This document shows, piece after piece, positions 48,501 to 60,116 of a stretch of 64,000 nucleotides of DNA. Source of the stretch: an uncultured Planctomycetales bacterium (lineage in GTDB: Bacteria > Omnitrophota > Gorgyraeia > Zapsychrales > JAHFFX01); contig CAZTCI010000007.1 of the NCBI GenBank assembly GCA_964612665.1, forward strand, positions 18,981 to 82,980, written 5' to 3'. How positions within the stretch are numbered: position 1 is the first letter of the stretch; every line of letters starts with the position of its first letter. Under the pieces are notes generated by a model that did not search any database, was not told where the DNA came from, and saw only the letters and a program-made list of their open reading frames with translations. The position numbers were made by a program, and so were the translations under genes.

Positions 48501-49880
48501 TTATTTAATATAGGCCATTATCGTTGCTATGAGAAGATAAATATTTAGAAAAACAATGATTGCGGTCACAATCCACGAAATTGTTTTAATCCATGGTCCA
48601 TTTGCAAACTTGCCCATCTTATTAGGGTCGCTTGTGAACATAACTAAAGGTATAACCGCGAAGCTTAGCTGTAAGGAAAGAATGACCTGACTTAAGATCA
48701 ATAAATTGCCTACTCCCTTTTCGCCATAGACGATGGCAACAATAACGGCCGGAACAATGGCGATTAAACGGGTAATTATCCGACGGATCCATGGCCTGAG
48801 TCGAATATTTAGAAATCCTTCCATCACAATTTGCCCGGCGAGTGTTCCGGTTAGAGTTGAATTTTGTCCGGAGGCTAAAAGCGCCAGGGCAAAAATGCCG
48901 CTCGCCAAAGGTGCGCCTAAAACCGGTGTCAACAATTGATAGGCATCGTTAATATCCGCCACATTTTCATGAACTGTTCCATGAAAAGCCGCCGCACTTA
49001 CAATGAGAATCGCCGCGTTAATAAAAAACGCGCATAACAAAGCGGCCGTCGAGTCAAACGTTGCAAAGCGGATGGCCATCGCCTTTCCTTTTTCCGTTTT
49101 TTCAAAAGCCCGAGTTTGAACGATACTCGAATGCAGATATAAATTGTGCGGCATGACGGTTGCCCCTAAAATACCGATCGCGATATAAAGCATTTGAGGA
49201 TTGGTTATAATTTCCGGTCTGGGTAAAAGATTAGCAAACATACCGTTCCAAGAAGGATGGGCCACCAGAAGTTCGTAGGCAAAACAACCGCCAATCGTGA
49301 AAATTAAAACCGCCACGATGCATTCAAGAATCCGGAACCCTTTGTTTTGCAGAAAAAGCAGCAGTAAAACGTCACCCGCCGTTACAACAACACCAACGAC
49401 GAGCGGAATTCTAAAAAGAAGATTAAGCGCAATCGCTGACCCAATGACTTCCGCCAAATCGCAGGCGGCAATCGCCAGTTCACAAATAGCCCAGAGCATC
49501 AAACCAACGGGCCGAGAAAAATGATCACGGCAGGCCTGCGCGAGATCACGGCTGGTTGCAATGCCTAACTTTAAAGACAAATGCTGCAAAAGAATCGCCA
49601 TAAAGTTTGAAATAAGAATAACGGACAAAAGGGTGTAACCAAACTTGGCACCGCCGGCTAAATCCGTTGCCCAATTTCCGGGATCCATATACCCGACGGC
49701 AACCATTAAGCCAGGACCGGCAAACGCAAAAATTTTCCGCCAAATGCCTGCTGTCGTTGGCACAGGAATGGAGGCGAAAACTTCCCTAAGGCTGGGATGT
49801 TTTAGAGGCTGGCGCCAGCCTTTTTCAAGCTGACGTTCATTCATTAAATGTTCTTTATCTTTCATGCGAACCTCGTTCAT
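48501..49880 (-). CDS. mntH: Nramp-family divalent metal (Mn2+/Fe2+) transporter
   Basis: [23 protein letters not shown] and MPHNLYLHS. Confidence 0.9.
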   Translation of the reverse strand: MNEVRMKDKEHLMNERQLEKGWRQPLKHPSLREVFASIPVPTTAGIWRKIFAFAGPGLMVAVGYMDPGNWATDLAGGAKFGYTLLSVILISNFMAILLQHLSLKLGIATSRDLAQACRDHFSRPVGLMLWAICELAIAACDLAEVIGSAIALNLLFRIPLVVGVVVTAGDVLLLLFLQNKGFRILECIVAVLIFTIGGCFAYELLVAHPSWNGMFANLLPRPEIITNPQMLYIAIGILGATVMPHNLYLHSSIVQTRAFEKTEKGKAMAIRFATFDSTAALLCAFFINAAILIVSAAAFHGTVHENVADINDAYQLLTPVLGAPLASGIFALALLASGQNSTLTGTLAGQIVMEGFLNIRLRPWIRRIITRLIAIVPAVIVAIVYGEKGVGNLLILSQVILSLQLSFAVIPLVMFTSDPNKMGKFANGPWIKTISWIVTAIIVFLNIYLLIATIMAYIK

Positions 49881-49910
49881 CAGTTGCAGCGATTGAGACT
49901 GATAGCAAAA

Positions 49911-50402
49911 TCATGTCTTCTTATTTTTACATTTTTTACAAATACCGTAAAAATGCATTTCATGCCCCAGAATTTCAAAACCCTGACATTCTAAAAATGG
50001 ACGGTAGATTTTGTCTTCTTTCAAATCTGGAAATTCAATAAAACGCCGGCAGCGGATGCACTGAGCGTGATGATGAAGTTTCTCGTCGTAAACATGTTCA
50101 AAATGATGATGTTTATCACCAAAAGCCGTTTCGCGGATAATTCCGGCCTCAAGTAATTCCTGGATACTGCGGTAAACCGTTGCGCGGGAAACCTTGGATG
50201 TCTTTCTCTTGCAGTCTCTTAGTAATTCTTCGGCTGTAAAATGTCCATGTGTACGCATGACAACTTCAAAGACTACTTCACGCCGAGAACTCAAACGTAA
50301 GCCAGCCTTTTCCAGATAGGCTTCCAATCTAATCTTTTCTGCATGAAATTCTCGGGGAAACCTGTTCATCATCTTGTCCACCATAATGAGACACTGTATC
50401 AT
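49911..50402 (-). CDS. Fur-family metal-responsive regulator (Fur/Mur), 30 bp upstream of mntH
   Basis: HFTAEELL, SRATVYRSIQELLEAGII, and the metal sites HHHAQCIRC...HFYGICKKCK. Confidence 0.85.
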   Translation of the reverse strand: MIQCLIMVDKMMNRFPREFHAEKIRLEAYLEKAGLRLSSRREVVFEVVMRTHGHFTAEELLRDCKRKTSKVSRATVYRSIQELLEAGIIRETAFGDKHHHFEHVYDEKLHHHAQCIRCRRFIEFPDLKEDKIYRPFLECQGFEILGHEMHFYGICKKCKNKKT

Positions 50403-50439
50403 TATAAGTATACATAATCAATTCCAAATTTACTTTATT

Positions 50440-50991
50440 TTATTCACGCCATTTAATTGAACATCCCATGGAAGGTCGTTGTTTGGAATTGATTGGTTTG
50501 TCAGAAGCTAAATGGTCGATCGCTTCTTTAAGTTCTTGGCGGGTGACCTTGCGCTCGTCTTGCCAGTTGTCGTCCATACGTCCATGATAAACGAGCTGCT
50601 GGTTCGCATTAAACAGATATAAATCAGGTGTACATTGGGCCTTAAACGCTTTCGCTGCTGTTTGAGATTCATCTACGAGATATGGAAAATCAATCCCCCA
50701 CTCCTTTATCTTAACAAGCATTTTATCCGGCGCGTCGTCGGGATAATTGGGATTGATATTTGGATTAATAGCCGCCGTATTAATTCCTAACCCACGGGCA
50801 TGTTCAGCCAGGCGAATCAACCGCGGCCAAACAGCCAGCGCGTAGGGACAATGATTGCAGGTGAAGACAACCAACAAACCTTGAGGTCCATACAGATCTT
50901 TTGATTTATAAATTTTACCTTGCGGATCTTTGAGTTCAAATGCCGGCATGGAACTGCCGAGCGGGATTATAATTGATTCGAGTAACGCCAT
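50440..50991 (-). CDS. thioredoxin-fold thiol-disulfide oxidoreductase (CxxC: FTCNHCPY)
   Basis: CNHC active-site motif in a thioredoxin-like context. Confidence 0.65.
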   Translation of the reverse strand: MALLESIIIPLGSSMPAFELKDPQGKIYKSKDLYGPQGLLVVFTCNHCPYALAVWPRLIRLAEHARGLGINTAAINPNINPNYPDDAPDKMLVKIKEWGIDFPYLVDESQTAAKAFKAQCTPDLYLFNANQQLVYHGRMDDNWQDERKVTRQELKEAIDHLASDKPINSKQRPSMGCSIKWRE

Positions 50992-51162
50992 AGAATTACC
51001 TCCTTTATACTATTTAGAATTGAGTTACAAAATCTTACAAATTAATTATAGAAATGCTGTTAATGCTGTCAAGACGGAGGCTGATAAAATTAAATAGTGT
51101 AAAAAATATGCGTCCTAATATAATAAAAATATTATAATCAACACACTAAAAAGGGAAATTTT

Positions 51163-51819
51163 ATGACAAAAAATCAAAATTTAATCTTGCAACAATTTGA
51201 ACTAGGACCACTGCAAAATTTTCTTTACTTTCTGGGCGATCCGCAAACGAAAGAAATCGCCATCATCGATCCCGCCTGGGATGTCGATTTTTTATTAGAA
51301 GAAGCGAAACGGCAAAATTTTAAAATTACATCCGTGCTTTTAACCCACGCACATCCTGACCATGTTAACGGTTTGCCTGAACTTCTTAAAAGACATCCCG
51401 TCCCTGTTTATATCTCTGCTCATGAATTCCCTATCTTTCGCCCTCAAGTTAAGAATCTTATTGATGTCAAACCCAATCAAAAATTGAAAATCGGAAATCT
51501 GGAAATTGATACCTTGCACACGCCGGGACATTCGCCAGGCTGTCAGTGTTTTTTAACACAGGGGCATTTGATTTCGGGCGACACGATTTTTATCGACGGC
51601 TGCGGCCGCTGCGATTTACCGGGGAGCGATCCGAAGCAGATGTATAATTCTCTTTACAATACAATCATGAAACTCCCCGATGAGACCTTGATTTATCCCG
51701 GCCACAATTACGGGCCGGTTGAATTCGATACCGTTGCCAATCAAAAAAGGACCAACCCTTATCTTCAATGCCAAAACTTAACTGAATTTTTAGAAGAACG
51801 CATGGGCGTTTCAATGTAA
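51163..51819 (+). CDS. MBL-fold metallo-hydrolase (glyoxalase II-like)
   Basis: LLTHAHPDHVNG, then HTPGHSPG. Confidence 0.8.
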   Translation: MTKNQNLILQQFELGPLQNFLYFLGDPQTKEIAIIDPAWDVDFLLEEAKRQNFKITSVLLTHAHPDHVNGLPELLKRHPVPVYISAHEFPIFRPQVKNLIDVKPNQKLKIGNLEIDTLHTPGHSPGCQCFLTQGHLISGDTIFIDGCGRCDLPGSDPKQMYNSLYNTIMKLPDETLIYPGHNYGPVEFDTVANQKRTNPYLQCQNLTEFLEERMGVSM

Positions 51820-51829
51820 AAAAATTTTT

Positions 51830-52249
51830 ATGCCCTCTTTAAAACAATTCTATATTTCAACCGCCCTGCTGGTCATTTTAATGGGCTGTACCAACCATTC
51901 AAGCCCGCTCGTCGGAAAATGGAAAACCCAAAAGCCTCAAGATCCCAATCTTATTTTCAGCGCTTACGGGCAATTTAAAATTCAAAATCATTTGAACAGT
52001 AAAGTCGATGTGTGGGGCGTTTATACCGTCGCGGACAAACAGATTACATTTCAATATACAGGTGGGAATTATCCGGAGAGCTGCCGGCCGAATGGTGTTT
52101 ATACTTATCAAGTGAATGGAAATCAATTAATGTTCCGGCTTATTCAAGATTCCTGCGAGAGCCGTCAAAACGTTCTTAAGCAGATATGGACGAAAGAAAT
52201 TTTTGAGAAGATTGTGCAAACGCGGATGCCGCAGATCAGAAAAGGATGA
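51830..52249 (+). CDS. hypothetical lipoprotein
   Basis: Signal peptide with lipobox LMGC. Confidence 0.4.
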   Translation: MPSLKQFYISTALLVILMGCTNHSSPLVGKWKTQKPQDPNLIFSAYGQFKIQNHLNSKVDVWGVYTVADKQITFQYTGGNYPESCRPNGVYTYQVNGNQLMFRLIQDSCESRQNVLKQIWTKEIFEKIVQTRMPQIRKG

Positions 52250-52266
52250 CGCTGATTTTCCTTTAA

Positions 52267-53166
52267 CTACTTCATCCCCGAATAAAGTGCTTTTCGTATA
52301 ATCCAACTTGACAATCGAAACGGCAAAAAACGTGAAAAAAGATAACGGATGCGCGCTTCTTTGTCCGGGAAGTTGTGCAGCGACGGATTCTTCGCTTCAA
52401 TCAATTTTTCAATTAATTGAGCAACGTCTTCGGGCTTTTTGCGGCAATGGTCAACGTAGTCCATGACTTTCTGGTTTAAGAATTGGGAAAATTTATAGTA
52501 AGGGCTTTCGGGGTTGGAAAAATTTTTTGCGTAACGGGCATTTGATTTAAAAATTTTGGTGGGGTATGTGCCGGGTTCAACTAGGATGACATCAACACCG
52601 AAAAGTTTCATTTCATAATAAAGACTTTCAGAGAACGCCTCGACGGCAAATTTACTCGCGTTATAAGCGCTAAAACACGGATTCGCTTGCAGTCCTGCAA
52701 TACTTGAGACATTCACGATCCGCCCGCGGCGCTGTTGGCGCATGATTGGCACAACTTCCCGGCAAACATTTTGTATGCCGAAAAAATTCACATCAAACTG
52801 CGCACGGATTTCTTCTTCCGTTAAATCTTCAAAAAATCCGCCGATCCCATAGCCGGCGTTATTAATCAAACAATCGATGCGGCCGTTTTGCGCCATTATT
52901 TCTTTGACGGCCATTTTAATTGAAATTTTATCGGTGACATCCAGCCTTAACACTTGGACCCGCCCGCCGCGCCATTCAACTTCCTTTAAAAGCTCAGCCT
53001 TCTTATTCACATCGCGCATCGTCGCAAAAACTTTGTAGCCTTTGGCGGCCAGCCGGGCGGCGGTTAACAATCCAAAACCGCTCGAGGTTCCGGTGATGAG
53101 AATAACGTCTGGGGGTTTTAAAGAAGTACCCATAATAGACATGGGCTTGGGGCTTATGATTAACAT
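52267..53166 (-). CDS. SDR-family oxidoreductase
   Basis: ILITGTSSGFG, NNAG, and the YNASK catalytic tetrad. Confidence 0.85.
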   Translation of the reverse strand: MLIISPKPMSIMGTSLKPPDVILITGTSSGFGLLTAARLAAKGYKVFATMRDVNKKAELLKEVEWRGGRVQVLRLDVTDKISIKMAVKEIMAQNGRIDCLINNAGYGIGGFFEDLTEEEIRAQFDVNFFGIQNVCREVVPIMRQQRRGRIVNVSSIAGLQANPCFSAYNASKFAVEAFSESLYYEMKLFGVDVILVEPGTYPTKIFKSNARYAKNFSNPESPYYKFSQFLNQKVMDYVDHCRKKPEDVAQLIEKLIEAKNPSLHNFPDKEARIRYLFSRFLPFRLSSWIIRKALYSGMK

Positions 53167-53202
53167 AGCGGCCCCAAGCCCATCGTTTAATTTAGAATTT
53201 TC

Positions 53203-54267
53203 TCAACAAATACTTCTTTGAATCAACCAACAATCAACCAAAGTCACCGCAATCATCGCTTCCACGACAGGCACAACCCGTGGACAAATGCACGGGTCAT
53301 GACGGCCGCGGACTTGGATTGTTGTCTTTTCTTTGGAGGTGTTGATCGTGTCTTGAAATTTAGCAATGGACGACGGCGGTTTAACGGCGACTCTGAGAAC
53401 AATATCTTCACCCGTTGAAATCCCGCCGAGAATGCCGCCGGCATGATTTGTTTTAGTGCGAACTTTTCCGCCTTCACTATAAAAAACATCATTCGCTTCT
53501 GACCCGCGCATCTTAGTTAAACCAAACCCGCCGCCGATCTCAACGCCTTTGATCGTGCCGATCGACATCAAGCCCGCAGCCAATCGCGCGCCGAGCTTGT
53601 CAAAAACCGGATCGCCTAATCCCGGCGGACAATTTTTAACGACTGCTTCCACAATTCCACCGATCGAATCGCCGTCTTTGCGCACCTCTTCGATTTTTTG
53701 AATCATCAATTCCGCCTGGGCCAAATCCGGCGCCCGCACCGGATTTTTTTCAATGACAGAATGATCGATTGTCTTGGCATAAATGTCACCGACGGCAAGC
53801 GTGTAGCCGATGATCTGCACGCCTTCCTGCGCCAGAATTTTTTTCGCAACTGCGCCCGCTGCCACACGACAAGCCGTTTCGCGGCCCGACGAACGCCCGC
53901 CTCCGCGATAATCACGCAACCCATATTTTGTTAAATAAGAAAAATCCGCGTGCCCAGGACGAAACACATCTTTAATATTATCGTAATCTTTCGAACGCTG
54001 GTCTTCATTTCGGATCAGCATCGCCAACGGAACGCCAGTTGTCTTCCCTTCAAAAACCCCAGATAGAATTTCAACCTTGTCCGCTTCCTTGCGCTGGGTT
54101 GTAATATTGCTTTGCCCTGGACGACGGCGATCCAATTCCACTTGAATGTCTGCCTCAGACAATTCCAATCCTGGCGGAACGCCATCAATCACAACGCCAA
54201 TCGCCGGCCCGTGACTTTCGCCGAAGGTGGTTATGGTGAATAATTTTCCGAAGGAATTTCCTGACAT
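53203..54267 (-). CDS. aroC: chorismate synthase
   Basis: [24 protein letters not shown] and [17 protein letters not shown]. Confidence 0.95.
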   Translation of the reverse strand: MSGNSFGKLFTITTFGESHGPAIGVVIDGVPPGLELSEADIQVELDRRRPGQSNITTQRKEADKVEILSGVFEGKTTGVPLAMLIRNEDQRSKDYDNIKDVFRPGHADFSYLTKYGLRDYRGGGRSSGRETACRVAAGAVAKKILAQEGVQIIGYTLAVGDIYAKTIDHSVIEKNPVRAPDLAQAELMIQKIEEVRKDGDSIGGIVEAVVKNCPPGLGDPVFDKLGARLAAGLMSIGTIKGVEIGGGFGLTKMRGSEANDVFYSEGGKVRTKTNHAGGILGGISTGEDIVLRVAVKPPSSIAKFQDTINTSKEKTTIQVRGRHDPCICPRVVPVVEAMIAVTLVDCWLIQRSIC

Positions 54268-54299
54268 ATTTTGGGTCCTTTAACGTCGTCGGTTGTTCG

Positions 54300-54743
54300 T
54301 TATTTTTTCGTGAAATCCGTCTTTTTATTTTTTAAGAAAGTTTGAATATAGATTATAAATTCTTCAAAATCATTCAACCGATTTTGTAAAATGGCATAAA
54401 CACGTTTTAAATCAACTTCGACATATTCATGAACCAAAATATTCCGAAATCCCGTCATATCTTTTATTTTTTTCGCAAAGCTACTCGGAATAACACCCTT
54501 TTTTCCCAACCGATCAATAATCTCTCCATACTCTTCAATATGATTTTCGCCTAAAGAAGCCAGGATATGATTGCCGATATCGATAACGGATTGAATGGCT
54601 AATTGAAGTCCATGCTCTACGGCCCACGCCGCTTGTAAGGACGAATCAATATCCTCAAAAGATATTTTCTTAAGTTCCTTAAGCGCTTGAAGATATTCTT
54701 TGAGTAAATTGATTCTTTTCTCAATAACTCTGTGGTCAATCAT
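54300..54743 (-). CDS. hepT: HepT (DUF86) HEPN ribonuclease toxin
   Basis: The Rx4HxY motif is present as RNILVHEY. Confidence 0.8.
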   Translation of the reverse strand: MIDHRVIEKRINLLKEYLQALKELKKISFEDIDSSLQAAWAVEHGLQLAIQSVIDIGNHILASLGENHIEEYGEIIDRLGKKGVIPSSFAKKIKDMTGFRNILVHEYVEVDLKRVYAILQNRLNDFEEFIIYIQTFLKNKKTDFTKK

Positions 54744-54744
54744 T

Positions 54745-55146
54745 TTAATTGAGTTTTGATACTTTTAAGAATTGTTTAAGATCAAGGTATTCATCGACGG
54801 TCTTGACATGAAAGGCTAAACGCTCCTCATCATTCCGGGCATAAATTACGATACCGTCACGAATGACTCGATGCCGCAAAAGGCAGGGTGACTCATTAAG
54901 GATAACCAGATCAATATCATTAGTCTTCAAAACCTGCATAAGATCGGTGATAATTTTGGCTTTATAGCCGTAAGGGAAAAATTCTTGGTTAAATGACGGA
55001 TCAATAAATATCGCGATATCAACATCGCTTAGACGATTGTCTTCATTTCTCGCGACCGATCCAAAAAGATAGGCAAATTTCACTTCTGGCCGCGTACGTA
55101 AAAAACGTGATACTTTTTGTTTTATCTGGGTTTTGTTGAATTTCAT
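54745..55146 (-). CDS. mntA: MntA nucleotidyltransferase antitoxin
   Basis: LFGSVARNEDNRLSDVDIAIF. Confidence 0.8.
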   Translation of the reverse strand: MKFNKTQIKQKVSRFLRTRPEVKFAYLFGSVARNEDNRLSDVDIAIFIDPSFNQEFFPYGYKAKIITDLMQVLKTNDIDLVILNESPCLLRHRVIRDGIVIYARNDEERLAFHVKTVDEYLDLKQFLKVSKLN

Positions 55147-55192
55147 TATTAAAAATTGATTCAGAAACTTTATTAAACGATCATGATTACGG

Positions 55193-56875
55193 TTAGAGAT
55201 CAGTAACCGCCCCAGTCGACGCCGAACTCACCGCACGCATATACTTCGCCAAAACGCCGCGCGTGTAGCGCGGGCGCGGTTGTTTCCAAGATTTTAATCG
55301 CTTTTTGATTTCTGCGGAAGGAATATTCAAATTAATTTCGCGCTTGTTTGCATCGATCGTGATTGGGTCGCCGTTTTTAATAATCGTCAGCGGTCCGCCA
55401 AGGTAAGCTTCTGGCGTGATGTGTCCGACTACAAATCCATGCGTGCCGCCGGAAAAACGCCCGTCGGTAATTAGCGCAACATCCTTCCCTAATCCTTTGC
55501 CCATGACCGCGGAAGTTGGCGCGAGCATCTCTCGCATGCCAGGGCCACCTCTGGGACCTTCGTAACGGATCACAATCACATCACCTTTTTTAATTGTGCC
55601 ATCGAGAATTTTCTTGAGCGCGGCTTCTTCGGATTCAAAAACTTTCGCGGTTCCAGTAAAAATATTTCCTTCTTTACCAGAAATTTTAGCCACCGCACCT
55701 TCTGGCGCGAGGTTGCCATACAAAATAACTAAATGGCTGTCTTTTTTGATTGGATCGTTAAGCGGGCGGATGATTTTCTGGTCGGAAGGATACGATTTAA
55801 CACCATTTAAATTCTCACGCACTGTTTTTCCAGTCACCGTTAAACAATCGCCATGCAACAATCCCGCATCCAACAAACTCTTCATCAAAGGAACTGTGCC
55901 GCCGATCGCGACGAGCTCGGCCATCATATAACGGCCGCTCGGTTTCAAATCCGCCAAGACCGGAACTTTTTTGCCAATGCGGGTAAAATCATCGATTGTT
56001 AAATTAACGCCGCACGCATTAGCCATCGCTAAAAGATGAAGTACAGCATTCGTCGAGCCGCCTAGCGCAATTACCATTGTGATCGCATTTTCGAAAGCTT
56101 TTTTCGTCATGATATCGCGCGGGCGGATTCCAATTTTAATTAAATTTAAAACCGCTTCGCCGGCGCGGACGCAATCGCTTTCTTTCTCCGGCGAGACAGC
56201 CGCTTGCGCCGAACTATTTGGCAAACTCATGCCCAATGCTTCAATCGCGGAGGCCATCGTATTCGCCGTATACATGCCGCCGCACGAGCCAGGACCAGGA
56301 ATCGCGCAGGATTCAATCGCCGTCAATTCTTGTTCATTGATCTTTTTATTGGCATAGGCGCCCACAGCTTCAAAAACCGAAACCACATCCACATTTTTAT
56401 CTTTATAACAGCCAGGAAGAATCGTTCCGCCGTAAACAAAAACCGCCGGACGATTGAGCCTGGCCATCGCCATAATACATCCAGGCATATTTTTATCGCA
56501 GCCGCCGATCGCAACCAAGCCGTCGAATCCTTCGCAGCCCATGACGGTCTCAATTGAATCCGCGATCACTTCACGCGACACGAGCGAATATTTCATCCCC
56601 TCGGTTCCCATTGAAATCCCGTCGGAGATCGTGATCGTCCCAAACACAACGGCTTTGCCGCCGGATTGATCAACGCCGGCCGCCGCCTTTTTAGCCAGGT
56701 GATCAATATGCATGTTGCAAGGTGTCACCATGCTCCATGTCGAAGCAATGCCAATTTGCGGTTTATTAAAATCATCATCTTTAAACCCAACCGCCCGCAG
56801 CATCGCCCGCGACGGCGCGCGTTCGTAGCCGTCGATGACAAGGGAAGAAAACAAACGAGGATTAGTATTTTTCAT
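55193..56875 (-). CDS. ilvD: dihydroxy-acid dehydratase
   Basis: CDKNMPG, the Fe-S cysteine context, and the C-terminal [14 protein letters not shown]. Confidence 0.95.
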   Translation of the reverse strand: MKNTNPRLFSSLVIDGYERAPSRAMLRAVGFKDDDFNKPQIGIASTWSMVTPCNMHIDHLAKKAAAGVDQSGGKAVVFGTITISDGISMGTEGMKYSLVSREVIADSIETVMGCEGFDGLVAIGGCDKNMPGCIMAMARLNRPAVFVYGGTILPGCYKDKNVDVVSVFEAVGAYANKKINEQELTAIESCAIPGPGSCGGMYTANTMASAIEALGMSLPNSSAQAAVSPEKESDCVRAGEAVLNLIKIGIRPRDIMTKKAFENAITMVIALGGSTNAVLHLLAMANACGVNLTIDDFTRIGKKVPVLADLKPSGRYMMAELVAIGGTVPLMKSLLDAGLLHGDCLTVTGKTVRENLNGVKSYPSDQKIIRPLNDPIKKDSHLVILYGNLAPEGAVAKISGKEGNIFTGTAKVFESEEAALKKILDGTIKKGDVIVIRYEGPRGGPGMREMLAPTSAVMGKGLGKDVALITDGRFSGGTHGFVVGHITPEAYLGGPLTIIKNGDPITIDANKREINLNIPSAEIKKRLKSWKQPRPRYTRGVLAKYMRAVSSASTGAVTDL

Positions 56876-56933
56876 TTAGATTTACTTTCTTAAAATCCTT
56901 GGGAGAGAAAAGGCCAGTAAGACCTTTATCTAT

Positions 56934-57089
56934 TTAATTTTTGGCAAAATGCCTTTTATTAGATTGTGCCCGCTGAGCAGCATCTTTATAGAACTGCATT
57001 AATTCTTGAGGTGACATATTCTTTGTCTTACGAGATAATTTCTCTCGTATTTTTCTAACCATTTTGATTGTATCGAATTTTTTATCCAT
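56934..57089 (-). CDS. unannotated small ORF (51 aa, lysine-rich): MDKKFDTIKMVRKIREKLSRKTKNMSPQELMQFYKDAAQRAQSNKRHFAKN
   Basis: Below the ORF-track length cutoff. Found by manual translation of the 257-bp ilvD-leuD gap. Weak RBS. Confidence 0.2.
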   Translation of the reverse strand: MDKKFDTIKMVRKIREKLSRKTKNMSPQELMQFYKDAAQRAQSNKRHFAKN

Positions 57090-57132
57090 AGTTTCTTAAC
57101 CTTTTCATATGATAACTCTCGCGTAGCTGATT

Positions 57133-57756
57133 TTAAGAAGGATTAACCAGCCACGGTTTTGATTTTTTAATTGCGGCTTCGTGCGCGGCGATTTTGTCGG
57201 TGAATTGAAGCGACCAGCCGATTTGATCTAGGCCTTTTAGAAGGCAATCTTTCATGAATCCGTCGATGGGAAAAGAATAAATATTTCCCGTCGGGCCGGT
57301 GATGGTTTGGGCGTTTAAATCGGCGGTAATCTTGCTGCCTGGCGCAGCTGAAACATCTTTAAACAATTCATCGACCTCTTGAGATTTTAGAATGGCAAGC
57401 AGAATTCCATTTTTGGAACAATTGTTATAGAAAATATCCGCAAAGCTCGGCGCGATGATCACGCGAAAGCCATAATCCGAAAGCGCCCACGGTGCGTGTT
57501 CGCGGCTCGATCCGCAGCCAAAATTATCCCGCGTCAAAAGCACGGTCGAGTTGCGGTACGCGGGTTTATTCAAAACGAAATCCGGATTCTCTTTCGTTCC
57601 TTCATAATCCAGATAGCGCCATTCATGAAAAAGATGCTGGCCGAATCCCGTGCGTTCGATTTTGCGCAAAAATTGTTTGGGCACAATCGCGTCGGTGTCA
57701 ACGTTGACGCGGTCTAAGGGAGCGGCAATGCCGATGTGTTTGATGAAGGGATCCAT
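57133..57756 (-). CDS. leuD: 3-isopropylmalate dehydratase small subunit
   Basis: Aconitase swivel-domain signature; adjacent to leuC. Confidence 0.9.
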   Translation of the reverse strand: MDPFIKHIGIAAPLDRVNVDTDAIVPKQFLRKIERTGFGQHLFHEWRYLDYEGTKENPDFVLNKPAYRNSTVLLTRDNFGCGSSREHAPWALSDYGFRVIIAPSFADIFYNNCSKNGILLAILKSQEVDELFKDVSAAPGSKITADLNAQTITGPTGNIYSFPIDGFMKDCLLKGLDQIGWSLQFTDKIAAHEAAIKKSKPWLVNPS

Positions 57757-57764
57757 AATTCGTA

Positions 57765-58229
57765 TTATCGTTGTTCGGTTTCGTAGCTCGTATCGGTTGC
57801 CGTCTTTCGGTTTCGTAAATTAAAATTATCCCAGGCTAAAGCCAAATTATAAATTTGGCGACTGATTTTATCATAAGCATCAATTAACTGATCGCACTGC
57901 GATATATTAATACAAGAGGGATATAAATCGCGCGCTTGACTTAATGAAACGATTGTTTCATTAGATTCAGTTAATGCATCGTCCAGATACTTTTGAAATC
58001 CTTTTCTTTGGTGCCGCTTTGAATAGCCTTCTGCAATTAACCGAGGAATTGCCTTTGTAGATCGGCGCAATTGATCAACCAAATCATATTTTTCTTCTTT
58101 GGGTAATTTAGGAATCACATCTTTAAACACTGTTAACATCATTTTATAAGAAGATTGATAAACGTCTAAATCTAGAAAGCTTTTTAACTTTGGTTTTTGA
58201 TCCATAATTTTTCCTAGGAGAATATTCAA
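57765..58229 (-). CDS. four-helix-bundle protein (TIGR02436 / 23S-rRNA-intervening-sequence protein family)
   Basis: [52 protein letters not shown] matches the family consensus. The likely start is MDQKPK at 58205, with an AGGAAAA RBS. Confidence 0.75.
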   Translation of the reverse strand: MNILLGKIMDQKPKLKSFLDLDVYQSSYKMMLTVFKDVIPKLPKEEKYDLVDQLRRSTKAIPRLIAEGYSKRHQRKGFQKYLDDALTESNETIVSLSQARDLYPSCINISQCDQLIDAYDKISRQIYNLALAWDNFNLRNRKTATDTSYETEQR

Positions 58230-58283
58230 GTTGTTTTTATTTTTTCACGACCAACGAATTACGACACACGATACGAGCTACGA
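57781..58283. mobile_element. inverted-repeat-flanked cassette carrying the four-helix-bundle gene, inserted between leuD and leuC
   Basis: Perfect 15-bp inverted repeats TCGTAGCTCGTATCG (57781-57795) and CGATACGAGCTACGA (58269-58283), with similar extended flanks. The same inverted-repeat family forms a cargo-less element at 21958..22054. Confidence 0.4.
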
Positions 58284-58301
58284 TACCAACCAACGACAAA
58301 T

Positions 58302-59705
58302 TTATAAATACTTCCTGACGTCCGTAATCTTTCCTTCAATCGCCGCCGCGACCGCCATCTGCGGGCTCATCAAATGCGTGCGGCCGCCCGGGCCCTGACG
58401 GCCTTCAAAATTCCTATTACTCGTTGATGCACATCGTTCGCCTTTTTTTAATTGATCGTCGTTCATGCCCAGACACATCGAACAACCCGCATAACGCCAT
58501 TCGAATCCTGCCTGCACAAAAATTTTATCTAATCCCTCCGTTTCCGCTTGCCGGCGGACGCGGCCTGATCCGGGCACAACAATGCCGTAAACTTTAGCCG
58601 AAATCTTTTTGCCTTTGGCCATGGCAGCGGCGACGCGCAAATCTTCAATGCGGCCGTTGGTACAAGAGCCTATAAAAACTTTATCAATGGGAATTTCGGA
58701 CATCGGTGTTCCGGCTTTCAAATCCATATACTTTAACGCATTGACCGCGGCTTGACGTTCAATTGGATTTGAAAAACTTTGCGGGTCGGGAACTTTGTCT
58801 TCAATCGAAGTCACTTGTCCCGGGCTTGTTCCCCACGTTACTTGCGGCTTAATGTCTTCGGCTTTGATAGTGATCACTTTATCGAAATGCGCGTCGGGAT
58901 CGCTTTTTAAAGTTTTCCAATAAGTAACGGCCTTGTCCCAATCTGAATCTTTGGGCGCGAAGTCTCTTCCCTTAATATAGGCGAAGGTGATTTCATCGGG
59001 CGCAATCATTCCGGCGCGCGCGCCGGCTTCGATACTCATATTACAAATTGTCATGCGGCCTTCCATCGAAAGCGCGCGAACTGCGCTGCCGGCATATTCC
59101 ATCACATAACCAGTGCCGCCAGCGGTTCCAATTAATCCAATAATATATAAAATTATATCTTTAGGTGTGACACCAAATCCTAATTTCCCGTTGATATTAA
59201 TCAACATGGATCTGGCTTTGTTTTGTTGGAGGGTTTGAGTGGCCAAGACATGTTCGACTTCGGAGGTTCCGATACCAAACGCGAGCGCGCCGAAAGCGCC
59301 GTGCGTGGCCGTATGTGAATCACCGCACACAATGACCATGCCCGGCTGGGTCAAACCCAATTCCGGTCCGATCACATGAACAATGCCTTGATCTTTATTT
59401 TGAAAATCATATAAGGACACGCCGAACTCTTGGCAATTGCGCGCAAGGGTGTCCATTTGAATACGGGAGGTTTCTTCGATTTTGGAATAATCTTTGGTGC
59501 GCGTCGAGACGTTGTGATCCATTGTCGCGAAGGTTTTTTCCGGACAGCGCACGCGGCGCTTGGTCAAACGCAATCCCTCAAAGGCTTGAGGGGAAGTCAC
59601 TTCATGCACCATATGCATATCCACGTAAATCAAGGATGTCTGCCCTTTACTTTCGTGGACCAAATGGTCGTCCCAAATTTTTTGGTATAAACTGCGCGAA
59701 GACAT
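58302..59705 (-). CDS. leuC: 3-isopropylmalate dehydratase large subunit
   Basis: Aconitase-family Fe-S ligands (C..C..C), GIVHQ-like, and GSCTNGR motifs. Confidence 0.95.
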   Translation of the reverse strand: MSSRSLYQKIWDDHLVHESKGQTSLIYVDMHMVHEVTSPQAFEGLRLTKRRVRCPEKTFATMDHNVSTRTKDYSKIEETSRIQMDTLARNCQEFGVSLYDFQNKDQGIVHVIGPELGLTQPGMVIVCGDSHTATHGAFGALAFGIGTSEVEHVLATQTLQQNKARSMLININGKLGFGVTPKDIILYIIGLIGTAGGTGYVMEYAGSAVRALSMEGRMTICNMSIEAGARAGMIAPDEITFAYIKGRDFAPKDSDWDKAVTYWKTLKSDPDAHFDKVITIKAEDIKPQVTWGTSPGQVTSIEDKVPDPQSFSNPIERQAAVNALKYMDLKAGTPMSEIPIDKVFIGSCTNGRIEDLRVAAAMAKGKKISAKVYGIVVPGSGRVRRQAETEGLDKIFVQAGFEWRYAGCSMCLGMNDDQLKKGERCASTSNRNFEGRQGPGGRTHLMSPQMAVAAAIEGKITDVRKYL

Positions 59706-59708
59706 TTT

Positions 59709-60116
59709 TTATAAACCTATGACGCTTCCTAATGGCAACATTGATTTGTCAAAGGAAACAACATGATCGGTGTGGGTAAGATACTGTTCATAAATTAATT
59801 GATCGACAAGACCTGCTTTACAGTGATCGATTTCTTGAAAAACTTTTTTACAAACACTGCCTGGCAAAGGTTGAACAATGCCATAAAACAAAAAATTATT
59901 TAATTGCTCAATGGCTTCTTTTTTGGGAACCTCGTAGTGATAATGCAAGGCGTGATAGGTTTCAGCGATGACAAGATCACAAATAAACAATTTTTTATGG
60001 TTTTTTAATTGATCTTCGATGAATTGTTTGGCTTTCTGAAATTGATTTTGCGGCTCGCCGGTTAGCAATCTTAAAACAACGCTGGTGTCTAATCCAATAT
60101 TATTTCTTGCGAGCAT
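59709..60116 (-). CDS. vapC: PIN-domain toxin
   Basis: N-terminal LDTSVV acidic residue and the conserved D/E positions. 4-bp spacing from leuC. Confidence 0.75.
   Translation of the reverse strand: MLARNNIGLDTSVVLRLLTGEPQNQFQKAKQFIEDQLKNHKKLFICDLVIAETYHALHYHYEVPKKEAIEQLNNFLFYGIVQPLPGSVCKKVFQEIDHCKAGLVDQLIYEQYLTHTDHVVSFDKSMLPLGSVIGL

Noticed and set aside
50403-50439. Canonical Fur box upstream of the fur-mntH operon
   Set aside because: The gap contains an AT-rich near-palindrome (ATTATAAGTATACATAAT) but no good match to GATAATGATAATCATTATC. It is noted only in connection with the AATTCCAAAT motif.
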